From assembly GCA_964390335.1 (NCBI GenBank), contig CAYMHU010000001.1, positions 158,225 to 222,224 on the forward strand: 64,000 nt of DNA, in the 5' to 3' direction. The number at the start of each line of letters is the position of its first letter. Within the stretch, counting starts at the first letter, position 1. This DNA is from an uncultured Granulosicoccaceae bacterium. Its GTDB lineage: Bacteria > Pseudomonadota > Gammaproteobacteria > Granulosicoccales > Granulosicoccaceae. A program made the position numbers and the translations under genes. Shown in pieces: positions 38,347 through 48,733 of this stretch. The notes beneath the pieces were generated by a model. That model made no database searches. It saw only the letters and a list, made by a program, of their open reading frames with translations, and was not told the DNA's origin.

Positions 38347-39302
38347 CTCACTACGATGCATTTAATGGCGATGCCGATGGTATTTGCGCGCTTCACCAGC
38401 TCAGGCTTGCAGAGCCGCGCGAAAGCGTTCTGATTACCGGCGTTAAACGCGACATTAATTTGGTAAAGCAAATACCCACAAGCGATGCTTCCAGCGCCAC
38501 AGTGCTGGATGTTTCACTGGATAAAAATCGCGATGCATTACAGGGTCTATTGGATGCATCGATACCGGTATCTTATTACGATCATCATTTTGCCGGCGAT
38601 ATCCCTGCTAGCGAATTTCTGGATGCGCATATTGATACCGATGCGAACACGTGTACTGGCCTTATCGTCAACAAACAATTGAAAAGCGCTTTTTTACCTT
38701 GGGCAGTTACCGCTGCTTTCGGCGATAACCTACTGGACTCTGCGCGTACAGCTGCAGCTGAACTCAATTTAAATGAACAGCAACTAGCGCAGTTGCAATC
38801 ACTTGGCACCCTGCTTAATTACAACGGCTATGGCAGTACACTCGATGATTTATTTTTTCCACCAGCTGAACTGTATGAACGAGTCAAACCGTATGCTGAC
38901 CCATTTGCGTTTATTGCTGAAGATGATGCATACAAAACCTTGGATGAGGGTTATCGCAGCGATATGCAACAAGCCATGGATACCAAGCCGTACATGGCAG
39001 ATGATCACACGGCGGTGTTTATTTTTCCTGAAGAGAAATTTGCCAGACGCGTTAGCGGTGTTTATGCAAATGATCTTGCACAACAGAATCCTGACCGGGC
39101 ACATGCGATGTTAAGCACATTGCCGGGCGATGGATATTTAGTGAGTGTGCGTGCGCCGCTAGCGAATAAAACAGGCGCTGATGAACTGTGCAGACAATTC
39201 GATACAGGTGGTGGTCGTAAGGCCGCAGCAGGTATTAATTTCTTACCTGCCAGCGATTTGGATAAATTTAGCGATGCGTTTAAGCGGCAGTTTACGGCGT
39301 AA
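38343..39302 (+). CDS. DHH/DHHA1-family phosphoesterase-like protein
   Basis: FNGDADG, VLDVS, YYDHH, GGGRKAAAGIN. Confidence 0.75.
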   Translation: MTHYDAFNGDADGICALHQLRLAEPRESVLITGVKRDINLVKQIPTSDASSATVLDVSLDKNRDALQGLLDASIPVSYYDHHFAGDIPASEFLDAHIDTDANTCTGLIVNKQLKSAFLPWAVTAAFGDNLLDSARTAAAELNLNEQQLAQLQSLGTLLNYNGYGSTLDDLFFPPAELYERVKPYADPFAFIAEDDAYKTLDEGYRSDMQQAMDTKPYMADDHTAVFIFPEEKFARRVSGVYANDLAQQNPDRAHAMLSTLPGDGYLVSVRAPLANKTGADELCRQFDTGGGRKAAAGINFLPASDLDKFSDAFKRQFTA

Positions 39303-39328
39303 CAAGCACGTTCTATAGAGATGGGTTC

Positions 39329-40255
39329 TTAACCCATCTCCATCAATTCACGCACATGCGCTGTCGCGCTTCGCGCCAGTGCCGGTAAGGAATACCCGCC
39401 TTCAAGAATAGACACGATCCGTCCATCGGCGTGTTCCTTAGCAACGTTCATTATTTGTTGCGTTACCCATACAAAGTCGTTATCACCAAGCGACAACTGC
39501 GCCAGTGGATCTTCAATGTGCGCATCAAACCCCGCGCTAATAAAAATCATTTGTGGCTTGAAGTCGTTCAGTGCTGGCATCCAGTGTTCAAGAATGGCAG
39601 AGCGAAATTCATCGCTGCGCGTACCTGCAGCCAATGGCACATTTACGCGTTGGCCGTTAACGTTAGGCCGATACCCGCCCGGGTAGAACGGATGTTGAAA
39701 TGACGAACAGAACAGAATGTTTGGATCGCCATCGACTAAGTCTTCGGTGCCGTTACCATGATGCACATCAAAATCAACAATGGCCACACGTTTGAGTCCG
39801 TGAGAATTGATGGCGTGTCTTGCCGCAATAGCAATGTTGCCAAAAAAACAAAATCCCATTGCTTGTGATTGCTCGGCATGGTGGCCCGGTGGCCGCACCG
39901 CGCAAAATGCGTTGTTAACTTCGCCAGCGATGACTTTGTCGGTTGCTAGCAACCCTGCTCCCATACCACGCAACGCCGCATTTAGCGAATGCGGGTTCAT
40001 CGCCGTATCAGCATCGAGCTGCACAGTGCCTGACTCGGGCGAACTACTGACAATAGATTGAATATACGAGGCTGGGTGACAAGACTCAGCCGCTTCTGGT
40101 GGTGCTAACGGCGCATCGAAATGCGTCAGATAATCGTACAGATTCTCTTTTTTTAAGTGGTCTAGGATGGCACCAATGCGTTGCGGGCATTCAGGATGCC
40201 CGGGGCTGATTTCGTGCAGAACACAATCGTTATGAGTAATTAAGGCCGTAGACAT
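39329..40255 (-). CDS. Zn-dependent histone deacetylase family lysine deacetylase
   Basis: HPECPQR, RPPGHHA, GFCFFGN, DFDVHHGNGT, SAGFDAH..DPL, LEGGY. Confidence 0.92.
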   Translation of the reverse strand: MSTALITHNDCVLHEISPGHPECPQRIGAILDHLKKENLYDYLTHFDAPLAPPEAAESCHPASYIQSIVSSSPESGTVQLDADTAMNPHSLNAALRGMGAGLLATDKVIAGEVNNAFCAVRPPGHHAEQSQAMGFCFFGNIAIAARHAINSHGLKRVAIVDFDVHHGNGTEDLVDGDPNILFCSSFQHPFYPGGYRPNVNGQRVNVPLAAGTRSDEFRSAILEHWMPALNDFKPQMIFISAGFDAHIEDPLAQLSLGDNDFVWVTQQIMNVAKEHADGRIVSILEGGYSLPALARSATAHVRELMEMG

Positions 40256-40354
40256 GACGGTGTAATCGTTATATGGCTTGGTTACAACAATATAGCAATA
40301 AAGTGTTGCTTAGCGCCATAACGCAAGCGATACCGTGTGCTGTACCATCAGCGT

Positions 40355-43015
40355 ATGTCGACGATTCATCTGGAAAAACTGCTGAACCCAAAATCGATCG
40401 CGGTGGTTGGGGCCAGCGATCGGGACGGCTCGCCAGGCAAAGCCGTGGTACAGAGTATTATCGGCGGCGGCTATGCCGGACCACTCAGTTTCGTTAACCC
40501 ACGTTATAAAACCATCCTCGGCCAGGAATGCCTCAAAAGCATTAGTAAACTCACTGAGCCACCGGATTTACTGATTGTGTTGGTGCCGCAAAAAATTATC
40601 CGTAAAACACTGAGCCAAGCGGCGCACTTGGGTGTGCGTGTGGTCTTGGTGATGTCGAGCGTACGCGACAGCAAAGGTTTGCATCACTATGCACAAGAGC
40701 TGGGCATCAGGATGCTTGGTCCGTATTGCGCAGGTTTAATCAGACCACACATCAACCTCAATGCAACCTATTCCAATAATAAAATTGAGGTGGGCTCCTT
40801 AGCCATTGTTACTCAGTCGGCATCACTCGGTGCCGCCATCCTGGATTGGGCAGAACCTGTTGGTGTTGGGTTTTCCGCTGTGCTGTCAACGGGCGCCGAT
40901 ACCGACATCACCCTGCCCGACATTCTTGACCTGTTGGCAGAGGATCACCACACCCGGGCCATCATCATATATTTGGACCGGGTTAAACAAACGCGCGCAT
41001 TTTTAAGTGCCATCAGTGCTGCTGCGCGTGTAAAACCAGTGGTGTTAATGAAGTCAACGCAAGACGGTGCGCGCTACTGCGATCTCATAACGCGCACAGG
41101 ACAAGTTCTGTCAACTGAAGTGGTATTCGATGCCGCAATGCGCCGCGCAGGTGTGGTGCGCGTTAAAACGTTTTCGAATTTATTTTCGGCGGCCAAGATA
41201 CTGACTTCCGGTATTCGCATCAAAGGTAAACGCATAGCGATCATCAGCAACGGCGCGGCACCATCGATGTTAGCGTGCGAGCGAATTGCCACCAAAGGGT
41301 TTGATTTACCCGCTATCACCAACAACACGATAGCAAGTCTGCACAATCAACTTGGAAAAAAATGGACCGGACAGAATCCGATCGTATTGCGCAATGCCAA
41401 TGAGTTACCTTTACAGTACAAACAGGCACTGGCTACCATCCAAGCGTCGGGTGAATACGACGCCATTCTAGTGTTATTTGTACCCGATGCCCGAACCAAC
41501 CCCGAGGCTATTGCCAACGTTGTTATTGAGCAACACCCTGGCAGCACTCCCGTTTTAAACAGCTTTATGGGCGAAACCAGTGTACTGAGTAGTCGTGATT
41601 TGTTTGCTGACGCAAACATCCCGTGCTTTAGAACACCCGAAGCCGCTATCGATGCCGTGGACTTCTTGCATCGCTACTTATTAAGCCAGCAACAACTGTT
41701 GCAACTACCCAACCCGACATCACGGCATACACGCGCGGACTCGCACAGCGCCAAAGCATTAATCAGCAGCGAGCTTGAGCAAAACGCACGCGTATTGGGA
41801 CCACAAAAAACCCGCACATTGCTGGCTTTATTTGATATCGATGTGCTACCGGCACAGCGCGCTGAAAACGTTAGCGATGCAGTAAAATTTGCCAATAAAA
41901 TTGGCTATCCGGTAGCGATGAAACTGGTATCACCCAATATTCGATATAAAGCTGAAATTACCGGCACCAAACTTAATGTAGCGGATGAAACGGAGTTAAC
42001 AGAAACATTCAGCACCATACAATCTGAGTTAGCCACTAAACGACCCGAGGCTGAGTTCAGAGGCATTCTGATTGAAAGCATGTACACACAAAGCAACACT
42101 CGTGAACTCGCCATGAGTCTTACCCGGGACGCCACATTTGGCCCGGTTATCGGCGTCAGTATTGGTGGCGATCTATCATCGTTAATTCAAGAGCGCGCGG
42201 TACAACTCCCACCGTTAAATAATTTTTTAATCGATGGCATGTTGGCAACACCGGTTATCGCAAACTACCTGGGTAGCTTCCGACATCAAAAACCGGTTGA
42301 ACCCAGTAGCGCTGCACACGTGCTACGACGCTTATCAGAAATGGCGTGCGAGTTACCGGATGTGTATTCTGTGCATATAAACCCGCTAGTCGTCAGCCCA
42401 TCTGGTGCCGTTGCCATGGATGTGCAAGTGGTGATTGAACGCGCTCACACCGAGAAACGCTACAGCCATTTAGCCATTCATCCGTATCCGTGGCGCTGGA
42501 TTCGTCTCATTCAGCTCAAGCATGGCAAATCCATACAAATGCGGCCAATCAGACCGGAAGACGGTGAATCCATTAAAAAAATGGTCCAGAACATGTCGGC
42601 GGAATCCCGGTTTTTCAGATTTATGCATGCCATAAACGATCTGTCTCCGCAAATGGTTGCTCAATTCACCAAGCTCGATTACGACAGACAAATGGCTTTC
42701 GTGGCAGTTAGTCAAAGCGGTAAAGGCGATGTTGTGGGCGTGAGTCGTTACACCATGAGCACGGACCGACGCAGTGGCGAATTTGCTATTTCAGTCGCGG
42801 ATGATTGGCAAGGATTAGGGTTGGCCTCATCACTGATGAAACTCGTGATTGAACATGCAAGCACACAAGGGTTGGAGCAATTGTTTGGAGATGTGCTGAT
42901 GACAAATGCGCCCATGCGTGGATTAATGAACAGTCTTGGTTTTACTGGAAAGACCGACCCACACGATCGCGAGGTTATGCAATTTACGCTGGCGTTAACA
43001 AAGCCCGAATCTTAA
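40355..43015 (+). CDS. pat: Protein lysine acetyltransferase Pat (NDP-forming acyl-CoA ligase-like + GNAT)
   Basis: LLNPKSIAVVGAS, ATP-grasp GYPVAMK, C-terminal GNAT RPIRPED..RFFRF..DYDRQMAF..WQGLGLA. Confidence 0.85.
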   Translation: MSTIHLEKLLNPKSIAVVGASDRDGSPGKAVVQSIIGGGYAGPLSFVNPRYKTILGQECLKSISKLTEPPDLLIVLVPQKIIRKTLSQAAHLGVRVVLVMSSVRDSKGLHHYAQELGIRMLGPYCAGLIRPHINLNATYSNNKIEVGSLAIVTQSASLGAAILDWAEPVGVGFSAVLSTGADTDITLPDILDLLAEDHHTRAIIIYLDRVKQTRAFLSAISAAARVKPVVLMKSTQDGARYCDLITRTGQVLSTEVVFDAAMRRAGVVRVKTFSNLFSAAKILTSGIRIKGKRIAIISNGAAPSMLACERIATKGFDLPAITNNTIASLHNQLGKKWTGQNPIVLRNANELPLQYKQALATIQASGEYDAILVLFVPDARTNPEAIANVVIEQHPGSTPVLNSFMGETSVLSSRDLFADANIPCFRTPEAAIDAVDFLHRYLLSQQQLLQLPNPTSRHTRADSHSAKALISSELEQNARVLGPQKTRTLLALFDIDVLPAQRAENVSDAVKFANKIGYPVAMKLVSPNIRYKAEITGTKLNVADETELTETFSTIQSELATKRPEAEFRGILIESMYTQSNTRELAMSLTRDATFGPVIGVSIGGDLSSLIQERAVQLPPLNNFLIDGMLATPVIANYLGSFRHQKPVEPSSAAHVLRRLSEMACELPDVYSVHINPLVVSPSGAVAMDVQVVIERAHTEKRYSHLAIHPYPWRWIRLIQLKHGKSIQMRPIRPEDGESIKKMVQNMSAESRFFRFMHAINDLSPQMVAQFTKLDYDRQMAFVAVSQSGKGDVVGVSRYTMSTDRRSGEFAISVADDWQGLGLASSLMKLVIEHASTQGLEQLFGDVLMTNAPMRGLMNSLGFTGKTDPHDREVMQFTLALTKPES

Positions 43016-43030
43016 CAGAGCCCCACTAAC

Positions 43031-43915
43031 ATGAGACACACAAGAGTCCCACGCCCCGAAACGATCGCATTGCAAGTCGACGGCAAAACGATAGCCGGTA
43101 TTCGCCACCGCATTCCGGAGGCCGAACCGCAAGCTCGGTTACTGTGTGTACATGGCTGGCTTGATAACGCGAATAGTTTTTTACCGTTAATGCCGCTATT
43201 GCCGGAAATTGATTTGGTGGCCATCGACTTACCCGGCCACGGTTATTCTGATCATTTGGATACGGCTTATTCTGTACCCGAATCGGCGTATTGGGTGGCC
43301 GCGGTAATAAAGCAGCTTGGATGGGAGCAATGTCATTTAGCTGGACATTCACTGGGCGGCATTATCGCACCGTTGGTGAGTGTAGCCAGACCCGACACCA
43401 TCAGCTCATTAATTTTAATAGAGTCCAGTGGTGCGCTGACTAGCGAGGCAGATGAAATAGTACAACGCCTACGTACATCCATTGATGAGCGTTTACAAGA
43501 TAATAAATACGCATCGCGTGTCTACAAAGATAAAGATGCGGCTATTGATGCACGATTACGATCGGCACGTATGAAACCAAATTCGGCCCGCTTGATCATT
43601 GATCGTCAACTCAGTGAATCCGATGATGGCTGGCGCTGGCGATTCGATCCAAAACTCAGGGTGTCTACCGCACACCGTCTGACTGAAGCCCATGTACAAG
43701 AAATTAACGCGCAAATCGAATGCCCGGTATTAACCGTTTTAGGAAAAGAAGGTTTTTTGACATCAAGAGAAAAAACCGAAGAACGCCTGGCCTTACTCAA
43801 AAATCATAAGTCCGTATGGCTGGCCGGGCACCACCATTTGCATATGGATACGCCAGAGCCGGTGGCAGCTGCGATTAATCGCTTTCTGGGCACAACTCCT
43901 GCACTGGGTGGTTAA
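43031..43915 (+). CDS. Alpha/beta fold hydrolase
   Basis: HGWLDNANSF, DLPGHG, GHSLGG, GHHHLH. Confidence 0.9.
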   Translation: MRHTRVPRPETIALQVDGKTIAGIRHRIPEAEPQARLLCVHGWLDNANSFLPLMPLLPEIDLVAIDLPGHGYSDHLDTAYSVPESAYWVAAVIKQLGWEQCHLAGHSLGGIIAPLVSVARPDTISSLILIESSGALTSEADEIVQRLRTSIDERLQDNKYASRVYKDKDAAIDARLRSARMKPNSARLIIDRQLSESDDGWRWRFDPKLRVSTAHRLTEAHVQEINAQIECPVLTVLGKEGFLTSREKTEERLALLKNHKSVWLAGHHHLHMDTPEPVAAAINRFLGTTPALGG

Positions 43916-44040
43916 CACTGCGGCTTACAAACTGCTGGATTGCCACTTTTAGCGCATTCATGCAAATACGTAATAACGCAATTGCCAAATAGCGGGCGCT
44001 TAAGTAATAAAAGCGAGCTGTAAAAAGGTACAATCATCCG

Positions 44041-47000
44041 GTGAACATCCCGCCACGCGTTATCAGCTTTGACGACGTAATTGAGCTTTGCGGCTCAGTT
44101 GCAACTTCGCGAGGGCGCGTCTACAAAACCAGCAATGCGGTCATCGAACTGGATTGGATAGCCGATGCCAGTGTGCTGCAAAGCACGGTGCAAGGCAGCG
44201 AAGCCGAACCATACCAACAACGTATTCTTATCGCTCCGCACCGTCTGGATGGCGAGTGTACCTGCCCAGTGCACTACAACTGCAAACACGTAGCGGCGGC
44301 ATTACTCAGCTGGATAGATAAACAATCTGCATCCCCGTCAGCCGACGATCAAGCACTGCGTGCAGTCAATCGTTGGTTACAACGCCTGGTTGAACAAGGC
44401 AAAGTGGCCTCTCCTAGGCTTGAACACCATGAGCTTGGCGAACCACTGTTGTTTTATCAGTTAGATAGCAACTCAATCAGTCAAACTAAAACGGGCATAA
44501 CACTGGAGATACTACAAAGCCGGCTGCTTAAACGCGGCGGCTACGGCAAAGAAACACCGTATCGATATCATGGGCATTACCACCACCCGGAATGGGTGCT
44601 TCCAAGCGATCGTTCCATTCTGGAACTGGCCGTTGGTCGGCACAGCGATTTTAATTACCGCACCTTAACGATCGACGGAGACATCGGACATCTGCTGCTC
44701 GGAAAATTACTCAGCACCAATCGCTGCTATTGGGGTGACGATCGTGAAAAACCACTGCACGCTGGCGGCTCTAAAACGCTGAACTTCAATTGGCAGGCGT
44801 CAAACGATGACAACCTTAGCCTGCACGTTGAACTACCGGATATTGAAAACTGGCAACTGATCCCATCAGATCCACCATGGTACGTCGACACCGATACATT
44901 GGTGGCAGGTCAACTACAAGATGTGCCACCCACCAGCGTGCTGGTTAATTTAGTCAATGCACCTGCATTGCCTCAGGCACATGCACAGGCAGTCAGTAAC
45001 TACTTAGCCTCTCGCTTGCCTGATGCCAGCGTACCGTTACCCGTAGAGCCCAATTTTGTACGCGTAGAAGTCAAGCCCGAACCTTTATTGGTGCTGCAAT
45101 CACGCGAAGACAGCCCGGATATTCGCGACTTTTATGCATCCATCAGGTTTCGCTATGGCGACTACCTGCTGCCGTTTGATGGCATGGAAGCAGACGCAAC
45201 GCTCGAGGGTAAAACCAGCGATGGCAAACCGCTTATGCTTACCCGCGATCTCAGCACAGAAACCCGCTATGCCGTGGAATTTGGCAAGCGCTTTACCGAC
45301 TTTGAATCAGCTATTCAAAGCGACCCGACATTCTTTTCACGTGCCGACAGAAAACCGAAATCGCGCGACGTGCAAACCATTGCGCGCAATTGGCATAAGC
45401 TGCTGGCCGAGCGGCCAGAACTTATCGCAGAGGGTTGGAAAGTCCAATGCCGCGAACCGTTCGATCTCGACTTTAAATCCATTACCACCATCGAAGCCAC
45501 GCTAAGCGACAGCACATCCAGCTGGTTTGATATGGCGTTGCGCTTAACACACGAAAACCAAACGTTTGATCTGTTACCGCTGGTGGTTGAATGGTTGCAA
45601 TCCGATACCCGCGATCAATCCATCCTATTGCAATCAGAAAGCGGACAATGGTTGGAGGTAGCACCAGAAGTGTTTACCCCTGTAGCCGACATCCTGTTGG
45701 AATTGTTTGATGATCCAAGTCAAAGCGATAGCTTCCGATTACCACGCCAACGTGCAGGTACACTCGAAGAACTCGAGAAGCAATGGCATGGCACCGGATT
45801 ACACATCAATTGGAATGGAGCCGAAGACGCATTCGCCCTGGCAAAACAACTAGACAACTTTGAAGGTATAGAAAACCCGGAAATGCCACCAGCGCTTAAA
45901 GCCCGATTGCGTCCGTATCAATTGGACGGTGTTGGCTGGTTAAGTTTCCTAGCAGAATTTTCGTTTAACGGGATACTTGCCGATGACATGGGTCTCGGTA
46001 AAACACTGCAAACCTTAGCGCACCTGCTGCATGAGAAAACCATAGGTCGATTGAAGGGCACCACGCTTATTGTGGCACCCACCAGCTTGCTGGGTAACTG
46101 GTCTCGCGAAGCAGAACGTTTCACACCAACGCTTAAAACCCAGGTATGGCACGGCAGTGACAGAAAGTCGCATGGGCTCAACTTCGACGATGTCGATATT
46201 GTTGTAACAAGCTATGCGCTGGTCACGCGCGATATCGATATATTGCGTGAACAAAACTTCGGCTTTATTGTTTTAGACGAATCACAGGCTATTAAAAACC
46301 CTGGTGCTAAAGTCACACAAGCGCTTAAAACATTAACCATAAAGCGCAGATTATGCTTAACCGGTACACCACTTGAAAATCACTTAGGCGAACTGTGGTC
46401 GCAGTTTGATTTCCTGATGCCTGGGTTTCTTGGCACACGCAAACATTTTAATCGCTACTTCAGAAACCCAATTGAAACTCACAACAGCGCACAGCGTCAG
46501 GAACGCTTAGCGGCACTGATCAAACCGTTCTTATTGCGCCGCAGAAAAGAACAAGTGGCATCGGAGCTACCACCTAAAACCGAAATTATCCGCGAAGTGG
46601 CGCTGGACGGCGAACAAGCTCGCCTGTATGAAAGTATTCGCGTCACAATGGAACATCGGGTGCGGCAACTACTGGCCGAGCGCGGCTTGGCTCGCAGCCA
46701 CATTGAAATGCTGGATGCCTTGTTAAAGTTACGTCAAACCTGCTGTCATCCAAAATTAGTAAAACTGGACACCGCGCGCGGAATTGCTGAATCGGCTAAA
46801 ACTGATTTGTTGTTATCGATGTTGCAAGAGCTTATTGCAGAAGGTAAAAAAATTCTGTTGTTCTCGCAATTTACCGAAATGCTGGGGCTAATAGAAACAG
46901 AGCTTAATGCGGCGAACATTCCGTACGCCAAATTAACCGGACGCACCCGCAAACGCGATCAAGTTATCGATTCGTTCCAACATGGCGATATCCCCCTATT

Positions 47001-47316
47001 CTTAATCAGCCTGAAAGCCGGCGGTACCGGACTGAACTTAACTGCGGCAGACACCGTGATTCACTACGACCCTTGGTGGAATCCGGCCGTGGAAAATCAA
47101 GCCAGTGACCGCGCACACCGGATAGGCCAAACAAAACCGGTGTTTATCTACAAGTTAGTCGCCAGCAATACTGTGGAAGAAAAAATTCTGGCTATGCAGC
47201 AACACAAACAGCTACTGGCCGATCAAACACTTGATCAAAGCGAACAGACGGCTTTGCAGAATTTGAGCGCTGATGACATATTGAAGTTGTTTGAAGCGGA
47301 TACGGCGACTCAATAA
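44041..47316 (+). CDS. SWIM zinc finger + SNF2-family helicase
   Basis: CTCPVHYNCKH, LADDMGLGKT, LDESQAIKN, LTGTPLEN, SLKAGGTGLNLT, QASDRAHRIGQ. Confidence 0.93.
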   Translation: MNIPPRVISFDDVIELCGSVATSRGRVYKTSNAVIELDWIADASVLQSTVQGSEAEPYQQRILIAPHRLDGECTCPVHYNCKHVAAALLSWIDKQSASPSADDQALRAVNRWLQRLVEQGKVASPRLEHHELGEPLLFYQLDSNSISQTKTGITLEILQSRLLKRGGYGKETPYRYHGHYHHPEWVLPSDRSILELAVGRHSDFNYRTLTIDGDIGHLLLGKLLSTNRCYWGDDREKPLHAGGSKTLNFNWQASNDDNLSLHVELPDIENWQLIPSDPPWYVDTDTLVAGQLQDVPPTSVLVNLVNAPALPQAHAQAVSNYLASRLPDASVPLPVEPNFVRVEVKPEPLLVLQSREDSPDIRDFYASIRFRYGDYLLPFDGMEADATLEGKTSDGKPLMLTRDLSTETRYAVEFGKRFTDFESAIQSDPTFFSRADRKPKSRDVQTIARNWHKLLAERPELIAEGWKVQCREPFDLDFKSITTIEATLSDSTSSWFDMALRLTHENQTFDLLPLVVEWLQSDTRDQSILLQSESGQWLEVAPEVFTPVADILLELFDDPSQSDSFRLPRQRAGTLEELEKQWHGTGLHINWNGAEDAFALAKQLDNFEGIENPEMPPALKARLRPYQLDGVGWLSFLAEFSFNGILADDMGLGKTLQTLAHLLHEKTIGRLKGTTLIVAPTSLLGNWSREAERFTPTLKTQVWHGSDRKSHGLNFDDVDIVVTSYALVTRDIDILREQNFGFIVLDESQAIKNPGAKVTQALKTLTIKRRLCLTGTPLENHLGELWSQFDFLMPGFLGTRKHFNRYFRNPIETHNSAQRQERLAALIKPFLLRRRKEQVASELPPKTEIIREVALDGEQARLYESIRVTMEHRVRQLLAERGLARSHIEMLDALLKLRQTCCHPKLVKLDTARGIAESAKTDLLLSMLQELIAEGKKILLFSQFTEMLGLIETELNAANIPYAKLTGRTRKRDQVIDSFQHGDIPLFLISLKAGGTGLNLTAADTVIHYDPWWNPAVENQASDRAHRIGQTKPVFIYKLVASNTVEEKILAMQQHKQLLADQTLDQSEQTALQNLSADDILKLFEADTATQ

Positions 47317-47343
47317 CCATCCAGCATTGATGCTTCGGAAGCT

Positions 47344-48642
47344 TTAGCGACCGGTTTGCAATTGTTCCCGAATATCTCGATGAACCGCCTCAGTAATCGG
47401 ATACCCGCGCATAATAAGTAGCGCTGTTAACTTAAAGCCAATACATGGCAAGCCATACAAAATCGATAATCCTTGAATCGCATTTGCGTTATTAGACTCC
47501 GTTGCGCTGAAGCCGATAACATCAAGCAGCGGAAATGCGATGCCGATGGCCAACGCAAACGATAACTTGGACGCTGTGCCCCACAGCGCGAAAAACAATC
47601 CCGGTCTTTTGTACCCGGTATGTAGTTCATCCCATTCAATCAGATCGCCGTTTATGGCAGCTGGTAATACCAAATCGGCTCCCGTGGCGAATCCTGTTAC
47701 CGCAACAATCACGTAAAACCAGATAATGGATTGCTCGTCTAAAAATGGGGTCCAGACAAAAAACGCGGCAGCCAGCAATATGGCTATGGTCCACGTTTGA
47801 TGCTTGCCAAGTCGTTTTGCTGCTGCCACCCAAAATGGTACAGACACAGCAGAACACGCGAAGTATAAGAACAGCAACACGCCAACTTGATCCGCTGCAC
47901 CCAGCACGTGCGTGACATACAGAATAAACAAGCTTGCAGGTATAGCGTTACCCACCGCATTTAAGAAAAAGCTTGTAAGCAGCTGTCGAAACGGTGTTGG
48001 ACCACTGATGACCTTCCAGGCTTCACTGATGGTATTGTCTGGCAAGGTAATGTCTTTGTTATCCGGAACAAATACCGATACCAATACGGTGGTAATAAGT
48101 ATTGAAATAATGACTAAGCAGGTCACACCAAACAAGGTTTGATCTAGATGCGTTGAACTTTCAGATGAAAAGAACACCGCAACCAACAGCGCAGACAGCG
48201 AACCGAACAGGCCAAACGCAACACGCATACCGGTTATTTTACTGCGCTGGTGATAGTCTGAACTTAGCTCTGCGCCCCAAGCGGCGTAAGGCACTATAGA
48301 CATAGTGCCGGCAACGTAAATGGCAATTGTCCACACCAGTAAATAAACCCACGTGACTTCACCAGGAGGATTAAACAGATAGTATGTCGACAAGCAGATT
48401 AAAGGCGTGGCCAAAATAACAAACAGCTTGCGTCGTCGCCATGATGTTGGAGTGCGGTCTGACAAGTAACCCACGATGGGGTCAGTGACCGTGTCACACA
48501 AACGCGCTATCAATAACACGACACCGACAGCACTTAAGCTTAAGCCAGTTGATTCCGCATAGAAAGTAGGAATAAAAACTTGCAGGGCGATAAACGCCGC
48601 TGCCAACGGGAAGGCTATACTGCCGTACGCGACGGCGATCAA
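47344..48642 (-). CDS. MFS transporter (GPH/MFS_2 family)
   Basis: 12 TM, DTVTDPIVGYLSDR, PYAAWGAELSSDYHQRS. Confidence 0.85.
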   Translation of the reverse strand: MIAVAYGSIAFPLAAAFIALQVFIPTFYAESTGLSLSAVGVVLLIARLCDTVTDPIVGYLSDRTPTSWRRRKLFVILATPLICLSTYYLFNPPGEVTWVYLLVWTIAIYVAGTMSIVPYAAWGAELSSDYHQRSKITGMRVAFGLFGSLSALLVAVFFSSESSTHLDQTLFGVTCLVIISILITTVLVSVFVPDNKDITLPDNTISEAWKVISGPTPFRQLLTSFFLNAVGNAIPASLFILYVTHVLGAADQVGVLLFLYFACSAVSVPFWVAAAKRLGKHQTWTIAILLAAAFFVWTPFLDEQSIIWFYVIVAVTGFATGADLVLPAAINGDLIEWDELHTGYKRPGLFFALWGTASKLSFALAIGIAFPLLDVIGFSATESNNANAIQGLSILYGLPCIGFKLTALLIMRGYPITEAVHRDIREQLQTGR

Positions 48643-48733
48643 ACTCGGGATAGTGTTGATAATTTATATCCTATGTGGCAGCACTTTTGAACAATGCCCC
48701 TATGTCTAATTGCCGTATAAGACAATCGTATCA

